Part shown: piece by piece, positions 1 through 11,681 of the stretch
Position numbering within the stretch: position 1 is the stretch's first letter
Layout of the letters: each line of letters starts with the position of its first letter
DNA from: Basidiobolus meristosporus CBS 931.73
Taxonomy: Eukaryota > Fungi > Basidiobolomycota
Reading direction: 5' to 3'
DNA: 52,298 nt
Assembly: GCA_002104905.1 (NCBI GenBank)
Contig: MCFE01000620.1
Location: forward strand, 1-52,298
The notes under the pieces: model-generated
Told to the model about the DNA's origin: nothing
Databases searched by the model: none
Seen by the model: only the letters and a program-made list of their open reading frames with translations
Translations under genes and position numbers: made by a program

Positions 1-771
1 ATTTCCCTAAACCTCATACAGCAGAAATAGGTATGCTCCCTGATAGTCTTGCTCAGCATTGGTCATAAGTTAAATTGGAAAAATCAATATCAGTTGCTAG
101 GATCTGACTTGGATGTATATTGGTCAATGCTAGGTCATAGCCAAGACATGTATGTGGCACAATGTTCCATTTGCCTCACTGACAAGCTAAACTGAAGATT
201 TAGTCTGTCACAATGCTAGTATCTGAATCAATGAGGGCCAGAGATTGTCACAACTCTCAGTCATGTCAAAGAGCATTGAGCAGCATATATCACATATGGA
301 ATCTTTCCAGAAGCACTTGGAGCACTCTTCTTGGAGTGCTCTTGTCAACATGCCCACACACTTCCAGAACACAGTAAGACAATATGCAAGCTTGATGCAG
401 CTCCATGAGTTTGGCAAGGAACATTTTCACCTCATTGATACTAAGTGAAAGTTGCACTTATGCATCTAAAGGGTGTTGGCAAGTACTTCCCACAATACAC
501 AGCCTAAGAAATCCTAAATGTATGAGGGCAAGGCCAGAGGGTTTTTAAATCCCTTGCAAATATACAACTCAAAGAGCCTATTTTTTCACTGGGATTACCA
601 TAGTTGTGGGTCAACAGCCAGTTTGGGCAGAATGTTGTGCAGACAATAAGATATGAAGCTCAGTGTGCATCCAAGCATCCTAAGATATCATGACCTGAAA
701 TGATGGAGACATATTTTCAGCAGCCATCAGTTACTCCGTAAAGCTTCCAAGGGTTCTCTCAGCTATGGAAA

Positions 772-1082
772 TTGTTGCAAATGCTTGCAATTACACCTAG
801 ACACTCACCTAGCATGGCAACATAGATGTCTACTTACAAATCTTAGAGAATCTTGACCAAATTCTTTGCTGGGATTTACTGGAAATATCATCACTAAATT
901 AACAAAAACCCAGAATATCAAATTTCTCATGGAGCCTTCTTAAGTGTACTATATGTGTTTGTTTTGCCAAGACCATGTCAAAGCATAAGTGCTACTGTAA
1001 CATTCAATAAAGCACCTTGCCAAAACCACCTAGTCTACTTGTTCTCCTAATCACTTTTATTACATCCAAGACTCTCACACCA
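772..1082 (+). repeat. 5' LTR of Copia A
   Basis: Homologous to the other family-1 LTRs, with an ~40-bp internal deletion; followed directly by the PBS. Confidence 0.85.
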
Positions 1083-1094
1083 GGTTATCAGCCC
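1083..1094 (+). promoter_or_regulatory. Primer binding site (tRNAiMet anticodon-arm type), one mismatch
   Basis: GGTTATCAGCCC immediately after the LTR; the copy B version is GGTTATGAGCCC. Confidence 0.8.
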
Positions 1095-1186
1095 CAAGCT
1101 GACACTCTGGAATATCCACTACTGCCATTACTGAAACTTTCACTTCTGCAGAAACATTGGATGGATCTAACCACTAAGTGTGAAGG

Positions 1187-4100
1187 ATGAAGTTGAAGCT
1201 GCTGCTACAGGAAAGAGGCCTTTGGGATAATATTATCGGAGAAGAATGCCCTCCTGAGAGTACAGGGGAGGAAGCTGTAAAGTACCAGAAGAGAGAACAA
1301 AGTGCCTTTGGCTTCATTTGCCATAACATCCAAGACAAATTGCCAATTCAATACTCAAGTGCAAAAACAGCAAAGAAAGCCTGGAAGGCATTAAAGGACA
1401 CATACCAGTCATGTTTAGCTGCAAAGAAGATGCATCTAAGATGAGAATACTCTGCTACACAGATGCTGCCAGGAGATGAAATGAAAAATCAAATTAATAG
1501 AATTACCCTGCTGGGGGTCTTATATCAGCCCTAGAGCCCAAAACTAATGATTTCACCTTAAATTATGTATATCAAACACACCTGGATGAAGAGTTAAGAA
1601 AATCAAGCACCAATAAGAAGTAAGAGGAATCATTCTTTTAATAAGCAGCAATAATCAACAAAGGAGGTACTCAAGTTCCTTTAAAGGCTACAGCAACCTG
1701 TTCTGCAACTACAACAAAAGGAAAGAACACACTTCAGACCAATGCCTCAAAAAGTGTGATAATCAGAATAAAAAACCCTGTATATGAAACCACTGTAACT
1801 GCTAATGATAAACTACTTATATCTGCGCCAAGTATGCCCACAAACATGGATTCTCAGACATGGTATATCAACTCTGGAGCATCTCAATGCTTTAGACACC
1901 AATAAGAACTTTTTACCCATTGCCCAAAATTCCAATCTGGATGGTTTTCATGGGTGATAATAGAACACTTGATACAGTTAAAGAAGGAACAATGTTAGTA
2001 AGCTTTAGAAGCAGCAATGGAAGCCACAGACCTATCTTCAAAGTAATACTCACTAAGAACTTGAAATAACTAAGAACCTATGATCTGTAAGCATGACCTC
2101 AGCAAAAGGACTCAGTGTCAGTTTCAACAGTTCTGGATAAAGGATCATTAACCAAAATGGTGCTCATATTGCTTTAGGTATTAGAGATCAGAATCTATAC
2201 AATCTAACTTATATTCCATTATATCTGGAAGTCAACATAAGCAACTTGACTGAAAAAACACCAATTCTCTAGCATAGGAGATTTGGACACAGGAATACTG
2301 CTTATGAGAGCAAAACAATATAAGTCAGCTAGTTTACTGCAGAGATATTGCTCCCCCAGCAAATTTAGAGCAATGTGAGGCCTGCATTTATGGGAGACAG
2401 GCCAGATAGCTGTTTAAGAGCTCTGGGCTAATCAAAACTAAGAAAAATTCAGATTTAATCCATCTAGATCTGCACGGTCATATGCACAGTTTTCCTCAGG
2501 TGGAATGAAGTATTGAACACATATACTAACAATTATAACAAATACATGTAGGTCTACCTAATTCAGAGAGAGGAAAGTACCCTGTCTAGGTTCAGGAAGC
2601 CTTAAACCAATGAATGCTCAGGAAACTTATGAAAAAATTAAGAAATTACACTCTGACAATGTAGGAGAACTTACCTCAAGCCTCATCATCCAATTTGGCA
2701 AAACTCATGGGAAAAAGCAGGAGTCTACTGTAATATACTCCCCATAGTAAAATGGAATGGCAAAATGTGCTAACAGATCAATAACTGATGCAGCAATATC
2801 TATGATCCATAATCAGAAATTATCCTATGCTTTCTGGGTGGAATCAGTTGCCACAGCTGTATACCTTAAAAATACTTTGTAATTCTACTCCATTTGAGGC
2901 ATGATATGCATACAGACCAAGTGCAGAATATCTAAGAGTATTTGGGTGTACAGTATATGCCAAGAAACTGCCCAGAAATCAGACAAAATTTGAGCCAAAA
3001 AGTGTAAAATGCCTACTTTTGGGCTACTGCAATGAGAGTAAAGCATAGAGACTTTGCAATACCAAAGCAAAGAAGCTCATCAAGTCCAGGGATGTGCGCT
3101 TTGATCAAAAGTCAAAATTTGCACAAAAGATAACATCAATGTTAACAAAAATCTGATCTCAAGTCCATTAATTGTCAGAATAGAATCACAACAAAGCAAT
3201 GGAGTTTTTTTCACTCCAGAGGACTCTACCACCATGGTTCAGCCTGAATCAGTGCCCAGGAATATCCAGGAAGTGATCAGTCCAGTATCAACTGCCCAGA
3301 GATCCAACCAGATAAGAAATAGCCCAAATCACTACATCAATGAGGGTACAAACTTAGCCTATGCCTATTCAGTCCATATTGATGAACCACAGACTGTAAA
3401 CAAGGCCCTATATGGCCCTCAGACAAAGTCTTGGAGATCTGTAATGACTGAGGAATATCATTCTCTGATGGATAATCAAGCTTGGAACCTAGTCAAATTA
3501 CCAATCAACCCAAAATTTATTGGATGCAGATGGGTCTTTGCAACAAGGTATAAGGCTAATGGTACAGTTGAAAGATACTAAGCAAGACTTGTGGCCAAAG
3601 GATACTCTAAAACAAAAGGACTTGACTATGCTGAGGCCCTTGCACTGGTAGCCAAGTTTAATTCCATCTGATTGATATTGGTTATTGCAGCCAAATAGAA
3701 GTTTTTTACTCTTCAATTGGATTTAAAAGCAGCATTTTTGAATGAAGAACTTGATGAGGACATGTATAGGGACCAGGCTGATGGGTGTGCCAACCAACAT
3801 AACTCCCATTTTGTCTGTAAGCTTAAAAAGTCTCTATATGATCTCAAGCAATCACCAAGAGCCTGGAATTGAAAGATAGATGCTTATTTAGAACTGTTGA
3901 GTTTCAGAAGGAGTAATGCTGACTAAAGTAAATACTCTAAGCCAGATAGAGCAAATCCAGTTCTATTAGCACTATATTTGGATGAACTTATTCTAGCTGT
4001 AAATAACTCAGCAACATTGGAAGATACTAAATCCAGCCTATCAAAGAATATCAAGATGTCTAGTCTAGGAGAACTCAGTTACTACTTGGGGATAAAGTTC

Positions 4101-4950
4101 TACATAGACAGAAGTACCAAGACTATCACCCTAAGCCAATCTAAGTATATTCAAGATATACTAAAGAAGTACCAAATAGAAGACTGTAAACCGGCAGCTA
4201 CCCCAATGGAGACAAACCTTAACTTGGTCAAAACTTAACCAAATCAAGAGAGCCCAATGCCATCTGAAAGCCCTGACTTTCCTTATCAATCTACAGTCAG
4301 CAGTCTGATGTGTACCATGCTTGGAACATGTCAAGATATCACTTATTCAGTGGGAGTTGTCAGCCAGCATAATCAGAACTATGGATCTGATCATATTGCA
4401 GCAGTTAAGCAGATTTTAGATACCTAAAAGGATCTGCTGATATCTGCTTAGATGCACTGATGGGGATTCAAAACAGGAGCTTGTGGGATACTCTGATGCT
4501 GATTGGGGGCAAAACTTGGAAGACAGAAGATCCACCACAGGATACATCTTTCTTTCCTGTAAAGCGCAATATCATGGAACTCAAGAAAGCAACCAACTGC
4601 AGCACTTTCTACCACAGAGGCAGAGTATATGGCAGCCTGTGAGGCTACAAAAGAAGCAATGTAGTTAAGAAAGCTTTTTACAGATTTAGGCCTATGTCAA
4701 AATATGCCTGTTATTTAATTTCAAGACAATCAAAGATGTATACACTAAGGTAGAAATCTAACCTTCCATGCCAGAACCAAGTACATAGATATTAGACATC
4801 ATTTCATACCTGAAGCTATAGAGAATAACTTAGTAACTCTAACTTACTGTCCTTCAGATGAACTGATTGCAGACATATTTACCAAACCATTGCCTAGAGA
4901 TAAGTTTGAATATCTTGGGTCAAAATTAGGACTAGTCAGTATCAACATTC
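1187..4950 (+). pseudogene. Copia gag-pol pseudogene (many stops and frameshifts)
   Basis: MKLKLLLQERGLWD (gag), KLPINPKFIGCRWVF and GELSYYLGI (RT), GYSDADWG..DRRSTTGY (RNase H). Confidence 0.92.
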
Positions 4951-4963
4951 AGCTGAGTGGGAG

Positions 4964-5267
4964 TGTTGTAAAGCTTTGTAATTCCACCTAAATATTGACC
5001 TGACTTATTCACTTGGATCATTACCTTCAGATCCTAGAGAATACTGACCAAATTCCTTGTTAGGATTACTTAGAATATTTCACCAAAATATTAGGTACCC
5101 AGAACATAAAAATTGAGACCTTCCTTAATCTATTCTACATGTTTGTAATGTCAAGACCATGTAAAAGTATAAATACTACTTTTACATTCAATAAATCATT
5201 AACTGAAAATCACATAATCTACTTGTCCTCCCAAATCACTTCCAATATCTCCAAGACTCTTACAACA
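4964..5267 (+). repeat. 3' LTR of Copia A, with TATA-like GTATAAATACT (5167-5177) and downstream AATAAA
   Basis: TGTTG after the PPT, ends CTTACAACA; internal deletion at about the same place as in the 5' LTR. Confidence 0.9.
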
Positions 5268-5270
5268 TAT

Positions 5271-5337
5271 AGGGTGTTGGCAAGTACTTCACACAATACA
5301 TAGCCTAAGATATCCTAAATATATGAGGGCAAGGCCA
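5271..5337 (+). repeat. 67-bp direct duplicate of 470-536
   Basis: AGGGTGTTGGCAAGTACTT...GAGGGCAAGGCCA at both sites, 4 differences by eye. Confidence 0.9.
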
Positions 5338-5680
5338 ATTTGCTCACTTTCTGATCCAAACACTCTATCACCTCCTACATTTGTGTGCATTGATTGGCTG
5401 TTGCCTGTTTTTCACACTCCCTACTTCCTGACTCAACTGTTTCTCTTACTTTTCATCCATACAAATTGATTTATTGCTATTGAAACTTCAGTTGTACCTC
5501 ATTTGCCAATTATATTGATCTATGCAAGTCCCTATACCTTACACTGAAATTAAGCCCTACCCCACCCTCAACAAGTAACTCCAAAGTTCAACATTCAACT
5601 AGTATTTTTGTTGTAGTGCTCTGTTTCCATGACTTGGGCAGGAACCCTACAGTTTTATGCCACTGTTCATTCACAGGTTC
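5338..5680. mobile_element. Fragment of the CCCTA/CACTA family (left subterminal region and end of accessory ORF)
   Basis: Aligns to 8490-8830 and 37165-37510. Confidence 0.8.
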
Positions 5681-6777
5681 TGTTGTGTTGTATCATGATT
5701 TGTTTTGGGCTTGCTATACAATGTAGAAGCTAATCAACAATATATGCCAACTTCTGGTATGCAAATACTGAAATAGTTTATTGTGAGTTTTATATACCAA
5801 TAAATGATATAACTTTCACTAATATCTTTAATCTTGATCCAAAATATAGTGTAGGCAGTGTTCCTCACTACTGCAGCAGTGTTCTAACCTTCTGTTGGCT
5901 ATTGAGCTTGTTTACTTTCAAAGTGACTATTCCTTATCTGGAAATCACTTTCCTTTCTGAGAAGATATTCTCTAATATGGAAATTGTGAACTCCCCTTTA
6001 ACCCAAAGGGAAATGGTGTGGAAGCCTCTAAAGGGGTGTCTTTTAAGTTTAGGGGCTTCTTGTGGTGGTCTTCAAAGTGGACTTTACACTAAAGGGGTGT
6101 CTTTAGAGTAAAGGGGTTTCTTAGAGGGGGCATTTCCAACAGAAAAGTGGTAGTTTTCTGACAGAACTTACATTGGATTCTTGTGAGCTTTGCACTCTCT
6201 TTAATGATGTAGTACCAATCAAAGTCAGAATACTCAACAGTGCAAGTGATGCAGGGGAAGCCTTTTAACCTTTGAACTTGTAATTGTATTGCAGAGATTG
6301 TGGAAAGAGAGGCTCCCATTAATTATCAGCTGGGGAAGTCATATACATAAAAATTCCAGAGGATCAAAGTTCTTGAGCAATTGGGCAAGCAATTCACGTG
6401 ATACAGAACTAAAATCTTGCATTGGTGCAGATTTCACTCAATTTGATTGACTGGTTCCAAAGTCACCCACAATTGAAGTCACTACAGTAGTCCTAGTAAC
6501 AGAAGCCTAGTGTATATGATTATTGGACTCTTTTGAGCATGACTCCTAAGTACTATTTCAAATGAGCTGTAACTTCAAACATGTGTTGTCAACAGAGTGT
6601 TCTGTTTGGCATAATATTCTTGGGTGGATTGCTTGCTAGGATCTTGAGCTTTTGTCCTTCAAAGTTGGAATTTCTTGATCATTCATTTGTGTGTTACAAT
6701 AGAAAAAGCAACATTAAGTAATGAGTGCAATATTGGCTTTGAGATATTGTAGTAATGGAATACTCTCCATAGCCACA
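5681..6777 (-). repeat. Putative ~1.1-kb 3' LTR of G0
   Basis: Begins TG after the PPT. A homologous copy begins at the same TG at 11440. TATATAAAA and AATAAA lie near 5780-5800 on the minus strand. The distal boundary (5681-5686) is approximate. Confidence 0.6.
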
Positions 6778-8289
6778 AATCTCCCCTAACCTTGAGAAAC
6801 AATGCTCTCATTAATACTTCTGACATGGAACTTCTTAAGTCTGTTACCAGATTTTGCCAGTGCTAGTGGTGTACTGTCAAGTTCAGCTATTTATAAGATC
6901 CATTATTGTTTGCATGTTTGATCTTATAGGGACCTTGCCATTGCATATCCAGCTTGGATGCCTTGTTTCTTTGGCACTTGGTGCTGTGATGTAGTATCAA
7001 TTCACCAACATCTAGGGAAGTTTTTCTTGGGCATTTTGACCATCCAAGTACTCCTTGACCGCCGTTCTGGATTTCTTCAGGTTTTCTATTGCATTCTTTT
7101 GCAGGGTGGGAGCTTGTTGAATCTGTTGTATTCTTGCTAGCAATAGCTCTGATGTTGTCGTGATTGGCTTCCATGGGAGGGTAAATCAATTTTCAAAAGA
7201 TATGTCTATTGGCAAAACCACATTATGTCAATTTATTAAAAAAATGGAGTATACCCTGCACTTCTTTTGACAGTAACCCTATCTTCCAAATTGCTGCATG
7301 AAGCTTATTTGCTCATTTGTTGGGCTCTTCATTGCTAAGTTTTGCTAATATGTTTGCAAAAGCAGAATGTCCTTGTTCAACTGAAGAATTTTCTTGCAGG
7401 TGATATGGTGGTGTATGGATAAGCTTTGTTCCATGCTTCATTGCTGGTGCTTGTATTGCATAAGATCCACATTCTCTATTATCAGCAATAAGGGTACCAC
7501 CTGAGCCATGTCTGGGAAACACATTTTTAGGAAATCATGCTACTGCTTTTGCAGTGGCTTGTTTCAGCATTCTAGCCACTATTCTACCAGTATAGTTATC
7601 AAGACAGTCTACTACAGACTTATACCCTGCAGTAGCCCTTGGTAAATGTATAACATCTAATATGCAATTTGCCAAACATAAAATGTATATATACTGCAAA
7701 GTGGCTCATGTATCTTTTGACAGCCTATTTATTGACATGGAATACATGATTTCACATATTCTTTGTGTTGGTGTATGGCATTGGCCAAAAATACTGTAAG
7801 GAGATTTTTGCATATATTGATGTAATTACTTTATGACCTCCTGATTCAAATTCATGCAATTCTTGAATGATCTTCTCTTGATCATGCTTGTTATAAATAT
7901 ACTGTCAAGGAACTCCACATTTGCTTTTTCTGAAAAGTGTGCCATAGAGCAGTATAAGCTTCAAAACCTTCTTATCAAAATTTGTACATGGACTTGTGGG
8001 AATATTGGCAGGAGCTTTGAGTGATGTAAGAAATTCCCCAATATGCCAATAATTGCTTGGTATCATTTATCTGAGTGAGAATCCAAGACTTGTGTTTTCA
8101 AGAAACTCATCAATCTTATCAACATCAGTTGAGTATGGCAAATTTGGTTGCTTCCTAGCTAAAGCATCAGGCTCCTTGTGATTGGCTCCTGGTATGTGTT
8201 ACAGCGTAAAGTCAAATATCTAGATATATAATATCCACTGTGCTAGGATAGGATTAGACAAAAGCACTAACTTATTCAACATCCCTAAT
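5681..8289 (-). mobile_element. Ty3/Gypsy fragment G0: end of RNase H, integrase, PPT and long 3' LTR; 5' part cut off by the CACTA insertion at 8290
   Basis: Minus strand: ..FDFTL.HIPGANHKEPDALAR (RNase H end), HTPPYHLQENSSVEQ (integrase core, ORF 7313-7522), KLDMQWQGPYKI (GPY/F module, ORF 6887-7189), PPT GGTTAGGGGAG before TGTGG at 6777. Confidence 0.85.
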
Positions 8290-8740
8290 CCCTAGGAGAA
8301 ATTACTGTGATGATCCTGTCAAAAGGTCATCACAAATCTAAAGTCCTGTGACTAAGAGGTACTGATCCAGTCAGGATACCAACCAGAGACTATCAACAAA
8401 TAATTGCACCCCAGATTTTGCAAAAAATTTGATCAAAATTTTTCATAACAACAATATAATAGCAGCTTTTGATTGGTCCCCTGTCAATTTGCTTGCTTTC
8501 TGATCCTGGACACTTAATCACCCCCTACACTTGTGTACATTGATTGGCTATTGCCTCTTTTTCACACTCCTTACTTCCTGACTTAACCATTTCTATTACT
8601 TTCTATGTGTACAAATTGATTTATTTCCATTGAAACTTCAGTTGTACCTCAATTGCCAATTGTACTGACCTATGCAGGTACCTATACCCCACACTAACAT
8701 GAAGCCCAACCCCACACTCAACAAGTAATTCCATCAAAAT

Positions 8741-10500
8741 TCACCACCCAATAAGTATATCTGCTGCAATGCTCTGTTTCCATGACTCTGGCAGGAACCC
8801 ATCAGCTTTATGCCACTGCTCATCCACTAGTTCCCACATGTGGTGGTCTTCCACTGGCACTGCAAGGTCTAGCACCTCATCTGCCAGTCTTTGCAATAAA
8901 ATTTTGCAATATTCAAGTGCGTTTTCTTGAGCACTGCTCTTGAAGATGTGATACAACCTCTTGGTGTGCCTGTTGAACTTCCAAAATTCCACCAAAGGCA
9001 TTGTGATAGTCTTTTGAGATCTTGTAATTATAGCTTTATCCATCAGTGCAATCTCCACTCTGTCAACAATGGAGGATGTGAAGGCTGTGGTAGACAAACT
9101 GCCTCTCTCTGCAAACTTATCTACCTTGCTGGAGTGTAGCTCAATTGCCTGTTCTTCCAACTTTTATGAATACAGCTGTTTCCTTGTTGGTAAATCTTCT
9201 TGGCTATGATGGAATTCAGTCTGTTCCAGGCTTATAGTGTTAATTGCCAAGAGCTGCAGTTTTTTTGGTATGCTTCCCTGTCCTAGGCTTGGGTAGACAT
9301 TTTCCCCTTTACCTTTTCCTTTATCACTGCCAGGCCTTCCACTGCTACTTTGTCCAAGTACTTCTTGTAATGAGCTACATTTTCTCCATGATAAATCCTG
9401 CTCTGATGCATCTGTTTTGGCCTGCTTGTCCCTTGCTGGCATTTTCCTGGCAACTTGACATTTCTTTACCACTAGTTTTGAGCTCTCAGCTGTATCTGTG
9501 ATGGGCTGCTGAGAAAACCACTGGTTTTTATTGCTGCCAGATCCTTCACTGCTACTTTGACAGAGTGCATCTTGAGTGGTACTACTCCATGTCTGCCTGC
9601 TTGTCCCACATTGGCACTCTTACAGCTACCTGATGTCCCTTTGACACTAGTTTGGAGCTTTTGGCCCTGCTTGTAACAGGCTCTTGTGGAAGCTGCTGGT
9701 TTTTAGCCATGGCACCCTTGTTCTTCTGTCTTTGATAGTTTCTGTTATTTGTAAGATACTTTCTTAGCATACCAGTGCTGGCCTAAATCTATTTGCCCGT
9801 TTGAATCCAGGATAATGCTCATGGAACAAGTCAAGCACATTCTGCTTAGCCTTGAGCTCCTGATGCTCCCTTGGTATGCAAGCCTTAAGGTGATGGTGTG
9901 CTAGACTTCTGATGACCTCTTGAATATTAGCCCAATCTTCTTTATTGCACTTAATGGCTTCACAGATCTTCAATGTCTTTTGATTTTTAGACTTTGATAC
10001 AAATACCACACTGTCTTGCTCTCATGCTGTGATAGGTTCTTCTGTGGGCTTTATCTTTGGGCACTGTTGTAGTACTTCAAAGACTGTACAGTGTTCCTCT
10101 GCTGTCACATCTGGATATGGCTCATTCTTTGCTGTGACACTGAGCTACTTGAGCTCCTTCTTTGCAGCAAGGATACTGCTTACTGTACCTGGAATATTGA
10201 TTGCTCTACACATAGTATTTGCTCATCCTATTTCTGGACTATTTCCTGATTTCTCTGGGCCATTGATTCAATCCAATTAGCCACTGCACCTAACTGCCTT
10301 ATTGATGCTTTTGTATAAGCTGACAACATACTTACTAATGTGGGTGGTAGTGATGCTATGACAGCCACTTGCTGGCCTTCAACTGAAGGCACTGTATATA
10401 CTATGCTCTGATCTGCCTGAGCATAATGATCAGCTTGCGGCTCCACAGAGGTTCACAGTTGCCTACTTAACTGAGAGCCTGAGGAGTCTGCATTATTCCA
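8741..10500 (-). pseudogene. Accessory ORF of the CCCTA element (~580 codons, unknown family, interrupted)
   Basis: ORFs 10228-10446, 9764-10009, 9582-9770, 9164-9472 and 8741-9160 form one collinear minus-strand protein that recurs in copies 2 and 3. The start position is approximate. Confidence 0.75.
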
Positions 10501-10849
10501 TTCAGTAGGCACACTATCAACATCACCTCTTTTGGATGTAGCCCTGCTTGTTGCACTGAATGTAAAAGCAAGGTGTTATCCAACCGCTTTTCTGATGCCA
10601 TTGGTGGTGGGATTTAGTTGTGAACCAGACAACTTGACTTTATTTTTTGGCGGCATATATATGGAAGTAAGTCAAACCAAAGGGGAAATAGTGTTTTGTA
10701 TATGTGTGTATGTGGTTCCACAAGTTTACCTATAATGCTTACTATAGGGGGTCATCATTGAATCTTACATTCATGTAGCTGCAATATCTCAAACACAAGA
10801 CTGTCTCATACTCACATGAGTATGAACCAAAAAGTGATACAATAGCATA

Positions 10850-11439
10850 ATGTTGTTGAAGGTCAAACTGTTTGCCCCATGGACAAGACAACTCTGATTC
10901 AACACCATAGAGAAGAGAAAAAAGACCATGTGGCTATTGAAGCTAGCCTCTTAGCCATGAAGCATGCAGACAGCATAGGAAGTATTATAAGGATCACAAC
11001 CAGTGTTTTGCCACACAAGTCATATTTGACCATTCATCAATCACTATTATACCAACATTATCTTGCTGGCCAGTTGATACCTCTATATTGGCACCTGGCC
11101 ATCCTTATAACCTTGTACAAGCTGAGTCAGGTGAGTCTGTGATGCCTTTAGGCTCACCTCAGCCTTCTGAATATGGCACATGGAGTAATAGCTCTGACAA
11201 AGAAGGCCCACTGATGGATTGTGAGCCTATCTCCCCTGACAACAGTACCATGCATGAGCCTGGTCAAATTCCAATATGCAATGGGATAGCACTGGTTGAA
11301 GCAAACACCAAGGATACTTTATGGAGCCAAGTGAGCCCAGTAATCCATCTACTGGTGAATGATGTAATGTTATGGCTAGAGAAGTGGTGTATTTCCAAAA
11401 ACATCAGTAATAGGGACTTTGAGGATTTACCACTACTTC
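10850..11439 (+). pseudogene. CACTA transposase N-terminal part
   Basis: VCPMDKTTLIQHHREE..., LWLEKWCISKNISNRDFEDLPLLL; homolog of 35667-36250. Confidence 0.7.
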
Positions 11440-11681
11440 TGTGGTAATGAAAAGTATTTCATTAATACAATATCTTAAAGCCAGTATTGCACTAATTTCT
11501 TTATTTTCCTTTGCAATTGCACACACAAATGAAAGATCAAGAAATTCCTACTTTAGAGGACAAAGGCCCATGACCCTGACAAGCAATCCACTCAGAAATA
11601 TTATGTCATGCAGAGTACTTTGCAGCCTACACATGCTTCATGTTACAGCTCATTTGAAGATGTACTTAAAGTACTTTACAA
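11440..11681 (+). repeat. G0-family LTR fragment inserted into the copy-1 transposase
   Basis: Starts TGTGG and aligns with the reverse complement of 6540-6777. Confidence 0.8.

Larger units (their letters stand above)
772..5267 (+). mobile_element. Ty1/Copia LTR retrotransposon copy A (family 1), degenerate, both LTRs present
   Basis: Starts TGTTG at 772 and ends CAACA at 5267. PBS at 1083 and PPT AGCTGAGTGGGAG at 4951-4963. Gag, integrase, RT and RNase H remnants occur in Copia order (ORFs 1187, 3234, 3978, 4483). No matching TSD (GGAAT vs TATAG). Confidence 0.93.
8290..11439 (+). mobile_element. CACTA/CMC DNA transposon copy 1 (CCCTA left end, accessory ORF on minus, transposase N-terminus on plus), truncated at 11439
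   Basis: Terminus CCCTAGGAGAAATTACTGTGATG..CATCACA is homologous to termini at 36977 and 42832 (reverse). 11088-11439 is homologous to 35667-36125, which is contiguous with a clear Tnp2 domain once G2 is removed. Confidence 0.85.

Noticed and set aside
230-420. Weak resemblance of a minus frame (PRRVLQVLLERFHM*YML) to the hAT TRWNSTY.ML motif
   Set aside because: Too few identities and no other hAT motif nearby.
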